NCBI GenBank assembly: GCA_965237905.1
Contig: OZ250172.1
Location: 960,001-1,024,000 of the forward strand
Direction: 5' to 3'
Length of the DNA stretch: 64,000 bases
DNA from: Nitrospinaceae bacterium
Lineage (GTDB): Bacteria; Nitrospinota; Nitrospinia; Nitrospinales; Nitrospinaceae
Of the stretch, positions 51,870 to 60,347 are shown in pieces (positions within the stretch are counted from its first letter, which is position 1; every line of letters starts with the position of its first letter). Both the position numbers and the translations under genes were made by a program. The notes beneath the pieces are model-generated. The model was not told where the DNA came from and did no database searches. It worked only from the letters and a program-made list of their open reading frames with translations.

Positions 51870-53026
51870 TAGAAAAGAAAATCTTTTTACCATCAAAGAG
51901 TGCTGAAGTTCCATTTAAGCTTACAAGCAAATTTTTCATTTTAACGCCTCCAGAATGCCCTGCGTATTTTGGAGGTACTTCCCTTTTGGAGCTACCCTAT
52001 TTTGAGAAATCCGCCATTGCTTCTAATAAGCCAGCAGAAGGGGGAATTACTCCTAATGAGCATGAAGAGATAAAACCATTAGAAGTACTCCCTATTGTCG
52101 TGGATAAGGTTTCCCTAGTTATGGATATTAGACCAGAAGACAGGGAAGGTGTTAAGAGCCTCTTCACAAACATCCGAGCTGAAGATCAACAGAATGGGAG
52201 CCTACATACATCGTATGCCCCCAAGGGTATGTATGATTTTGCTTTTAATTACAGGCTTGGTCCTCTTCCGATTAAGGGTAAAGGAGGTAAGGATACTTCT
52301 AATCTCCTGATCCAGTTAGACCCTAAGTCTCCTAAACGTCCTTTCCTCAGGTTTGAGTTCAATCCCAATGCTGTCGGTATAAGTGGAGTTGAAAAAGCCC
52401 GGAAATTCCTTGAGGAGGCTCTCGATTTCATAAACACGCATGGGGACTACCCGGATGTCAATGAAAGGATATCTATAACCAGACTCGATCTGGCAGTGGA
52501 TGTCAGTGGAGCCTCGATGGAGGATTTACTGTTTTATAAGCCGGGACTTCACCAATGGGAGGTTTACAGGCTTAATGGTAAGGGTTTCATCCAAACTCAA
52601 TACCTCGGTTCCTCTAAAAGCAATACGAATTTTTGTGTGTACGATAAAAAGGCTCAGCAAAAGAAAAATGGAAAAGGGGAATTATTAAAGGAATGTACTC
52701 GAATTGAATGCCGAATTTCAAAAAAATCGACCCCATTAGTTTCCATTCTTGAAATAAAAAATCCATTTAAAAATTTAAAAGTTCTGGATGCCCGGCTTGT
52801 GGAGGAAGGAAATCGTTTTAATGAGAAATATTCATTATTCATTGACTCGGTTTATAGAAGAGGAGTGGCGGGGGCCTTGAAATTAATCAAAGATAAAAAA
52901 ACCCGTTCAAGTTATCTGAAAATCCTTGAGGATAACGCAAAGGTTGATTGGTGGCAGCCGGACAAGATTTTTGCGGGCCTGCCTGAGGCATTGGTAAAAG
53001 CGGGCCTTTCACCTTTTAATTCGTAG
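51863..53026 (+). CDS. Rep_trans-like rolling-circle replication initiator/relaxase
   Basis: LRFEFNP, ITRLDLAVD, TQYLGSSKS...CVYDK and TRIE motifs in the expected order. Confidence 0.75.
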   Translation: MLVEKKIFLPSKSAEVPFKLTSKFFILTPPECPAYFGGTSLLELPYFEKSAIASNKPAEGGITPNEHEEIKPLEVLPIVVDKVSLVMDIRPEDREGVKSLFTNIRAEDQQNGSLHTSYAPKGMYDFAFNYRLGPLPIKGKGGKDTSNLLIQLDPKSPKRPFLRFEFNPNAVGISGVEKARKFLEEALDFINTHGDYPDVNERISITRLDLAVDVSGASMEDLLFYKPGLHQWEVYRLNGKGFIQTQYLGSSKSNTNFCVYDKKAQQKKNGKGELLKECTRIECRISKKSTPLVSILEIKNPFKNLKVLDARLVEEGNRFNEKYSLFIDSVYRRGVAGALKLIKDKKTRSSYLKILEDNAKVDWWQPDKIFAGLPEALVKAGLSPFNS

Positions 53027-53073
53027 TGCCATTAATTTCAATTTTAAACTAATATTTTTAATGATTAAGGTTT

Positions 53074-53556
53074 TTGATTATGAAAAATTCACAAAATGTG
53101 AAGAAATCTAAAGGATTATCGCCATCGCAAGTCAAGGCGGCCACCCTTTTAGTATCGGGTATGTCTGCCACAGATGTAGCGAAGGAGATCGGGATTCATC
53201 CTTCCACAATTTCGGTTTGGAAGACTGATCCCCAATTTGAATCAACCATGAATGTCCTTCTGAGAGAACAGAGGGATGCTTGTAAGGAAAAATTACGCGC
53301 TTTAGGGCATGATGCTTTATCCGCCATTGAGGAGATTATGAAAAACGGCAAAACTCCTGCTAAGGAGAGATTAACCGCCGCTTTGAAGATAGTGGAGATG
53401 CTGGGTATTGAAAATCACTCAAAAACTAGAATAGGTAAGTTGGATATAGATTACGCTAATTTCGATGTTCTCGATAATACAGACCATGAAAAGCTACTGG
53501 AACTAAAAGACCTTGAGGCATATTTAGGAAATGATTTTGAAGAAGTTGAACAATAA
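53074..53556 (+). CDS. HTH protein (N-terminal HTH plus helical C-terminus; terminase-small-subunit-like pattern)
   Basis: LSPSQVKAATLLVSGMSATDVAKEIGIHPSTISVWKTDPQF...ERLTAALKIVEMLG. Confidence 0.7.
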   Translation: MIMKNSQNVKKSKGLSPSQVKAATLLVSGMSATDVAKEIGIHPSTISVWKTDPQFESTMNVLLREQRDACKEKLRALGHDALSAIEEIMKNGKTPAKERLTAALKIVEMLGIENHSKTRIGKLDIDYANFDVLDNTDHEKLLELKDLEAYLGNDFEEVEQ

Positions 53557-54152
53557 TCATGGTTGATTTTAATACCTGTATTGATTTAATTAATATTTAA
53601 ATTAAGAAGAATTAAGGAGAAAATTTGCAACTAATTGCAAAATCTGGATATGGAAAAAATTAATAACAAAATTAGGAAGGAGAATTAATTGTATGTATGT
53701 ACAGTGATGGTACTCGCCAAACAGGGGCCGCTGTCAGGTGAATACCATCACAGATCAATATAAACTTCGATTTGCGAAAAATCCTTATCATTCTCAAAAC
53801 TTAACGGATGAACAAAAAATGGCGCGGGCAGAGAAATTAAAAAAACCCATTCACATCCAGAACTACTGGGGGAAAGTGGCTTGAATTTGCCGCATTTCCT
53901 CTATCCCCGCCTCCAAGGTCGGAAAATCAAAGAAGCCATATTTTTTGCGAATATTTCCATGCCCAATCCAAATGGGGGTAAACTCTATTAAGCCTCTACC
54001 CTGCTGAAATTCCCCACCTTGCAGGCAATCTCCTGAATCCCCTAAATATGGAAATTTTCCCCCTATTTGCACAGAACCCCCTCCTGTAAATCTGAAGAAG
54101 AAAGATTACCCACTTAAATTTGACATACTAAAATCCAGAAGTTAGCCTATAA

Positions 54153-54187
54153 ATGCTATCTATAGTCTGTCGATTAATAGGGTTCAT
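54153..54187 (+). promoter_or_regulatory. C-box-like operator
   Basis: 35-bp ATGC-TATC-TAT-AGTC-TGTC-GATT-AAT-AGGG-TTCAT directly upstream of the XRE gene. Confidence 0.6.
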
Positions 54188-54206
54188 GAAAGCTATCTTA
54201 GCTTGC

Positions 54207-54431
54207 ATGAAACGACAGACTTCAAATGTAAAATTAGGGCTGGCAATCCGCAAGGAAAGAAATAAACTCGGACTCTCTCAAGAAAAATTTGCCGAGAAAG
54301 CGGGTCTCCACCGTACCTATATCGGACATATTGAAAGAGGAGAGAAAAACATAACTGTTGGGGGACTCTTGAAAATAGTTAAAGCATTAGGAATCTCCGC
54401 CTCACAGCTTCTCGCTAAGGCAGGTCTTTAA
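54207..54431 (+). CDS. XRE-family HTH regulator, R-M controller (C) protein-like
   Basis: LSQEKFAEKAGLHRTYIGHIERGEKNIT. Start could be ATG 54186 or 54207; the ORF-track start at 54153 lies in the operator. Confidence 0.85.
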   Translation: MKRQTSNVKLGLAIRKERNKLGLSQEKFAEKAGLHRTYIGHIERGEKNITVGGLLKIVKALGISASQLLAKAGL

Positions 54432-54446
54432 TGAAAGTTTTTTCTT

Positions 54447-55130
54447 ATGAAAAATCATCTCAAGATTTCCACTGTATATCTATATCTCCTGCTAATTATT
54501 GTCCCTTTGCTTGGAGTTCAATGTAAAGGCAATACAGAAAAGTTTAATGAAGGGTTGGCTGCATATGAAGCAGGCTATTACCAGAAGGCTCTTAATATAA
54601 TTAAACCTCTTGCTGAGCAAGGATACCCTGATGCTCAATTCAGTTTGGGGAAGATGTATGGCAGCGGTAAGGGAGTCCCAAAAAATAACACCAAGGCTTT
54701 AAAGTGGTTCCGCAAAGCGGCAGAGCAAGGACATACTCTAGCCCAGACCATACTTGGAGCCATTTATCTCTGGGAAGGTGGAGGAACACCCAAAGATTGC
54801 GCGGAGGCGGTGAGGTGGTACCGCAGGGCAGCAGAACAGGGATACTCCAATGCCCAATTTTCTTTAGGAATCATGCATCAAATGGGTTGGGGAATACCAC
54901 AGGATTACGTTCAGGCTTACAAATGGTTTAGCCTAGCTGCTTCTCACTCTCAAAATGGTCCAGATCATGCTCGAATGGTTGCTGCGGGATTGGCTGGAAA
55001 ACATAAACCTGAAGATTCTGTTAATAAGCGAGAAGAAATAGAAACAGAATTGACCCTAGATCAAATTGCAGAGGCTAAAAAACTGGTAAGTGAGTGGAAA
55101 CCAAAATCTTTGGAAGAGTTGTCATTGTAA
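54447..55130 (+). CDS. Exported Sel1-like repeat protein
   Basis: Hydrophobic N-terminus ending in Cys; three AEQG..AQ..LG..Y/H..G.G repeats. Confidence 0.9.
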   Translation: MKNHLKISTVYLYLLLIIVPLLGVQCKGNTEKFNEGLAAYEAGYYQKALNIIKPLAEQGYPDAQFSLGKMYGSGKGVPKNNTKALKWFRKAAEQGHTLAQTILGAIYLWEGGGTPKDCAEAVRWYRRAAEQGYSNAQFSLGIMHQMGWGIPQDYVQAYKWFSLAASHSQNGPDHARMVAAGLAGKHKPEDSVNKREEIETELTLDQIAEAKKLVSEWKPKSLEELSL

Positions 55131-55184
55131 AATAGGAAATAATCGTTTACGTAATTTGCATGAAATCGCGTAAGAAAAGTATTT

Positions 55185-56105
55185 TCATGAGTTCTCTTCA
55201 GGCTTTCTTTTAAAAGGTTTTAATATTAGATTGTCACCCTCCTCTTGAATATAATATTCCTCAGTAAAATTAATACTTCCCAGCGATATCGGATTCCGAG
55301 CTAAATAATTGTGGATAAATATAAAATCCCTTTCTGGCGGCACGGTTGTCCAATGGCCGGGTGCTTTATGGGAAAATAAAACTCCAGAAATACCCGTATA
55401 GTCATCCTTGCCTTCTTTCATAAAAACCGAAGTTTCTATTCCCCTTTCATTCTTTTTAAAAATAACCTCCCTAAAACTATAAGAGGTTTCTGTTTCCGTC
55501 TGGTTTTTAGAAAAAGTAACGGTTAAATCCCCCACAGGGTAAAGTGCTTTTACGATCAATGGAATATTATTAGGAGGCGGGGTATCTTTCAAGTAATGGC
55601 TGTGAATGGCAATAATATACGGATCGGATTCTTTAATGGTGCCATTTTCTAATCTTTCTTGATATTGGTTATTTTTAACGTCAACAGCATTGGTATACCT
55701 GAGGATGATTTGTTCGTTTGGCGCCAATTGCGCCATTCCTTGTGTCGCTCTGCGTTCTGGAACCTGATCAGCCCCCTCCCCGCGTTGAGGCATAGTAGCC
55801 TCAACCCAAATTAGACTTTCTCCGCTCTCAACACAAATATCTGGTTGATCTATTTCTGTCTTTCTTAAATTAAATCCATTTTGTAAAAAGATTATCCCAA
55901 GAAACATTTCCCACCAAAATGGAAAAAATTGCTTTTGGGCATCTTCTCTAAACTGAGGATTAGCATAAGGATGGAAAATCTTCCAAAGTTCCTCTGCATG
56001 TTCTCTCCATTCAAGATCACCGTCATTGTCGCCATTTCTGACAATTGTATAGTTGCCATCCTCTTCTTCATTTTGAGGAAGGAAAAATGAATCGTTTTGA
56101 GCCAT
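55185..56105 (-). CDS. Hypothetical protein, possible PD-(D/E)XK-like fold
   Basis: Clean 306-aa ORF; WEM...PDICV...IWVEAT resembles an E..PD..ExK core with K replaced by T. Confidence 0.65.
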   Translation of the reverse strand: MAQNDSFFLPQNEEEDGNYTIVRNGDNDGDLEWREHAEELWKIFHPYANPQFREDAQKQFFPFWWEMFLGIIFLQNGFNLRKTEIDQPDICVESGESLIWVEATMPQRGEGADQVPERRATQGMAQLAPNEQIILRYTNAVDVKNNQYQERLENGTIKESDPYIIAIHSHYLKDTPPPNNIPLIVKALYPVGDLTVTFSKNQTETETSYSFREVIFKKNERGIETSVFMKEGKDDYTGISGVLFSHKAPGHWTTVPPERDFIFIHNYLARNPISLGSINFTEEYYIQEEGDNLILKPFKRKPEENS

Positions 56106-56334
56106 AAATCACCTATTAATGGAAAAATCCCAAAACGAATATTAACTTATGGCCGCCAAAACGACAATGGGGCTCTTGGTGTGTGATGGAGGGAAAAGGG
56201 TAAACTTCAAAACCATGTCCCGTCCTCCCTCTTCTCTAGACTGGGCTAATCGCGGAAAATGACCTCCTGCAATTAAGTGCAATCCTGAAAGAATGACCTG
56301 CCCTCTCCACACTTTCCCCAAAACGGCAATTTCC

Positions 56335-56363
56335 TTGATCCGACCCCCGAAAACCCATAGAAT
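56335..56363 (+). promoter_or_regulatory. Sigma70-type promoter candidate for the hsd operon
   Basis: TTGATC-N17-TAGAAT, 32 nt before the hsdM ATG. Confidence 0.55.
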
Positions 56364-56395
56364 ACGGCCACTCTATTCCACTTAAAAGACTGGTT

Positions 56396-57994
56396 ATGGC
56401 CCGAAAAAAGGCTAAAAAAGCCTCTAAAACAAAAGCTTCCACTCCCAATGGCAAGCTGGAGATCAAGGAACTCGAAAGCTGGCTATGGGAAGCGGCCTGT
56501 GGTATTCGTGGTGCCCTCGATGCCCCCAAATACAAGGACTACATCCTCCCCCTGATTTTCCTGAAACGCCTGTCTGATGTCTTCGATGATGAAATTGACC
56601 GCATGGCGGAGGACTTTGGCGATCCGGAAACCGCCCTCGAAATGGCCAAAGAGGATAGAGACCTCATCCGTTTTTGGGTCCCAAAGGTTTCCCGGTGGAC
56701 CAAAATCCGAAAACTGACCAATAAGATCGGGGAGAAATTGACCGATGCCATCCGGGCCATCGCCAAGGAAAACCCTCGCCTCCGAGGGGTAATCGATAAT
56801 GTGGATTTTAACGCCGCGATTGCCGGAGAACGGATCATAGGAGAGGACAAACTTTCCGCCCTGATCGAAACCATCAACCGCATCCGCCTTGGACTCAAAG
56901 ATGTTCAACCTGACATTTTAGGCCGCGCCTATGAATACCTGCTCCGTAAATTTGCCGAGGGACAGGGACAAAGTGCGGGAGAGTTTTTTACGCCTCCAGA
57001 GGTGGCTTGGGTCATGGCTTACTCAGTGGCTCCCAAAGAAGGGGAAAGCGTCTATGACCCCTGCTGTGGATCGGGAGGACTTCTCGTAAAATGCGAACTC
57101 TTGGTTGATGAGAAAGCCGGTGGAAGCCGAAAGGTCAAGAAACCTCTGAAGCTTTATGGTCAGGAAGAAAATAATACCACCTTTGCCATGGCCAAAATGA
57201 ATACCATTGTTCACGACATGGATGCGGAAATTAAAATTGGGGATACCTTGCGGGCACCAAAATTTCTGGAGAGCACCAGTTTGCAAAGGTTCGATATGTT
57301 GGTGGCCAACCCCATGTGGAATCAGGACGGGTACACGGAAGCCTTTTACGATGCCGATCCCTACGAACGATTCAAATTTGGTTTTCCTACCGCTGGTTCG
57401 GCGGATTGGGGCTGGGCGCAACATATGACCGCTAGCCTTACCGACAAGGGCCGGGCCGCCATTGTATTGGATACGGGAGCGGTCTCCCGTGGTTCCGGGC
57501 AAAAAGGCACCAACCGGGAAAAAGAAATCCGCAAAGCCTTTGTGGAAAAGGATTGGATTGAAGCCGTGCTTCTTTTGCCCGACAACCTGTTTTACAACAC
57601 CTCCGCTCCGGGGATTGTATTGTTTCTCAAAAAGGCCAAATCCAAAAAGAAACGGAAAAATATTTTATTGGTGAATGCCTCTCAGGAATTTGAAAAAGGC
57701 CGCCCAAAAAACTTCATTACTCCAGATGGTATCCAACGAATATCAAAAACCATCGGAAAATGGAAGGAAGAAGAGAAATTCAGTCAAATCGTATCAATCG
57801 AAGAGGTTCAGAAGAACGATTACAACCTTTCTCCTTCCCGATATATAGAGGTGGTGGAAGCGGAAACCCACCGTCCCAATGAACATATTTTATATGATCT
57901 GGAACAGGCCGAAAAAGAGGCCAAAAGTGTGGACAAGGAACTTACGAACATCCTGAAAAAGATGGGTCTCAAAGCGGAGGCTTATGATGCCTGA
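56396..57994 (+). CDS. hsdM: Type I R-M methyltransferase subunit
   Basis: YKDYILPLIFLKRLSD, GEFFTP, motif I DPCCGSGG, motif IV ANPMW, YNLSPSRY. Confidence 0.95.
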   Translation: MARKKAKKASKTKASTPNGKLEIKELESWLWEAACGIRGALDAPKYKDYILPLIFLKRLSDVFDDEIDRMAEDFGDPETALEMAKEDRDLIRFWVPKVSRWTKIRKLTNKIGEKLTDAIRAIAKENPRLRGVIDNVDFNAAIAGERIIGEDKLSALIETINRIRLGLKDVQPDILGRAYEYLLRKFAEGQGQSAGEFFTPPEVAWVMAYSVAPKEGESVYDPCCGSGGLLVKCELLVDEKAGGSRKVKKPLKLYGQEENNTTFAMAKMNTIVHDMDAEIKIGDTLRAPKFLESTSLQRFDMLVANPMWNQDGYTEAFYDADPYERFKFGFPTAGSADWGWAQHMTASLTDKGRAAIVLDTGAVSRGSGQKGTNREKEIRKAFVEKDWIEAVLLLPDNLFYNTSAPGIVLFLKKAKSKKKRKNILLVNASQEFEKGRPKNFITPDGIQRISKTIGKWKEEEKFSQIVSIEEVQKNDYNLSPSRYIEVVEAETHRPNEHILYDLEQAEKEAKSVDKELTNILKKMGLKAEAYDA

Positions 57995-59278
57995 TAATTC
58001 TGGGTTTTTGAAGAAGTTTACTTTAAGGACGGGTGAAGCTTTCCCTAAAGATTGGAAAGTTGATGACGTTGAAGATTGCTTTGATTTGCAACAGGGAAAG
58101 GCTTTATCCCGTAAAAATAATAAAGGAGTCTCTCCTAAACCATTTCTTAGAACTGCAAACGTCTTTTGGAATCAAATCGACTCAACCCTTTTAGATGAAA
58201 TGGATTTCAATGAAAATGAGATCAAGAAATTAGCGTTGCAATATAATGACGTTCTTGTTTGTGAAGGAGGTGATGTAGGAAGAACAGCCGTCTGGAAGGC
58301 TAAGGGTTTTCTTTGTTTCCATCAGAATCACGTTCATCGCTTACGTTATAAAAATGGAAAAATAGAGCCCAATTTTTTTGGGTTTTGGATGGAAGCGGCC
58401 TTCAAGCTATTTTCTTTTTATAGTGGGTCAAGCAACAAAACAACGATAGCGAACTTGTCAGGAGCAAGATTAAAGGCCTTTCAATTTCCAAGGCCCTCTC
58501 TCCCGGAACAAAGAGCGATAGCAAAGGTATTATCCACCATCCAACAGGCCATTGCTGCTCAGGATAAGATTATTGAGCATACCCACGAACTCAAAAATGC
58601 CCTTATGCTCAAACTCTTCACCGAGGGATTGAATGGCGAACCTCAAAAACAAACAGAAATTGGCCCTATTCCAAAAAGCTGGAAAGTTGTACCTATCGAT
58701 GAAGTTCTTACATGTGGTCAATATGGACTTTCGGTTAGAGGGGAAACTGAGGGTGAAATTCCTATATTGCGAATGAATTGCCAAATAGATGGCAGAGTTT
58801 ATTTTAGTGACCTGCAATACGTCAATTTGACTTCAGAAATATTAAATAAGTTCCTACTTAAAAAGGGGGATGTGCTTTTTAATCGTACAAATAGTTATGA
58901 GCTAGTTGGGAGAACCTCAATTTTTGATTCTGGCCAAAATGTGTTTTTGCCTCTTATTTGATTCGGCTACAATTCAAAAAAGACAAAATGCTTCCCGAAT
59001 TATTTAATTATTATTTTAATATGGACGAAACACAAGTGCGTTTAAAAAGGATTGCAACACGAGGGGTAAGTCAATCAAATATCAGCGCTAGCAAACTAAA
59101 GGGATTCCAGATTCCATTACCACCTATTAAAGACCAAATCAAAATAACTCAAATATTAAATCCAATTTCCCAAAAGATAGATACGAATGTATCGAAAAAA
59201 TTTATTTTAAAAGATTTATTTAATTCCATTTTAAGTAAATTAATGACCGGTCAAATCAGGGCTACCAACTTGATCTAA
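57984..59278 (+). pseudogene. hsdS: Type I R-M specificity subunit, split by a 1-bp frameshift at ~58936-58948
   Basis: Two TRDs with conserved PSLPEQRAIA and PLPPIKDQ...SKLMTG regions; VFASYLIRL continues in another frame across the break. Confidence 0.88.
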
Positions 59279-59295
59279 AATTAGGGGAATGAAAA

Positions 59296-60327
59296 ATGGC
59301 ATTATGGATGGTAAGGGCGGGAAGGCAGGGACTGCATGAAAATCTAGCTTTGGAAAAGGGACAGATAATCATCGGATGGGATGAGTTGCCGGACGTTTCT
59401 TCAATCCAAACCCCTGAAGAAATGAAAAATTTATGTGAAGAGAAATACCCAAACTCCTCCAAAGCCCAACTCGGTATGTCCACCGGACAAATCTGGAAGT
59501 TCAAAGACCGGATCAAGGTGGGCGATTTGGTGGTGCTTCCCCTTAAAAGCCAGTCAGCCATTGCTCTGGGCAAAGTAACCGGTCCCTACAAATATCTTTC
59601 CAATAACCCCTATGGGGCCAAGCATACCCATGCGGTGAAGTGGGTCCGAACCGATGTTTCGAGGAATGATTTCGGGCAGGACCTGCTTTCTTCCATGGGA
59701 GCTATCATGACAGTTTGCCAGATTAGGCGGAACGAAGCGGAGGAAAGAATCAAATCAATGCTGGATGGACAAAAGGATCCGCATCTTGGAGCCAAGCTCC
59801 CATCCATCGGGGAGGGGGAAGATGATGGAGGAGAGGAGGGAATTCCTTATAATCTTGAAGAATATTCTCAGGATCAGATTCGCAAACATATTGAAGCCCA
59901 TTTTAAAGAGCATGAATTAACCCGGTTGGTTTCTGCCATCCTTAAAGCTCAGGGTTACCAGACCTATATGGCCCCTCCCGGTCCGGATGGGGGAGTGGAC
60001 ATCATAGCGGGTCAGGGTCCCATGGGGTTTGATCCCCCAAAATTATGCGTTCAGGTGAAATCCGGATCTTCCCCCATGGGTGTGACCACGCTCCGGGAAC
60101 TTCAGGGAGTCATGAAAAACTTTGGAGCCCATCAGGGATTGTTTGTATCTTGGGGAGGGTTCAAGGATACCGTCCGCAAGGAAGCAAGGACCCTGTTTTT
60201 TGAAATGCGTTTGTGGGATTCAGGGGATTTGGTCAAAAGTCTTCTGCAAAATTATGAAAAATTGTCGGATGAAATCCAAGCAGAATTACCCCTGAAAAGA
60301 ATCTGGACTTTGGTTCAGGAAGATTAA
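59296..60327 (+). CDS. mrr: Mrr-family restriction endonuclease
   Basis: C-terminal GPDGGVDI...VQVKS...GLFVSWGGF; N-terminal WMVRAG..IGW..GDLVVLP domain. Confidence 0.85.
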   Translation: MALWMVRAGRQGLHENLALEKGQIIIGWDELPDVSSIQTPEEMKNLCEEKYPNSSKAQLGMSTGQIWKFKDRIKVGDLVVLPLKSQSAIALGKVTGPYKYLSNNPYGAKHTHAVKWVRTDVSRNDFGQDLLSSMGAIMTVCQIRRNEAEERIKSMLDGQKDPHLGAKLPSIGEGEDDGGEEGIPYNLEEYSQDQIRKHIEAHFKEHELTRLVSAILKAQGYQTYMAPPGPDGGVDIIAGQGPMGFDPPKLCVQVKSGSSPMGVTTLRELQGVMKNFGAHQGLFVSWGGFKDTVRKEARTLFFEMRLWDSGDLVKSLLQNYEKLSDEIQAELPLKRIWTLVQED

Positions 60328-60347
60328 CCCTAATCCATCACCCTAAT

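Noticed and set aside
58958..59278. Independent 106-aa gene
   Set aside because: It is the C-terminal part of the frameshifted hsdS.
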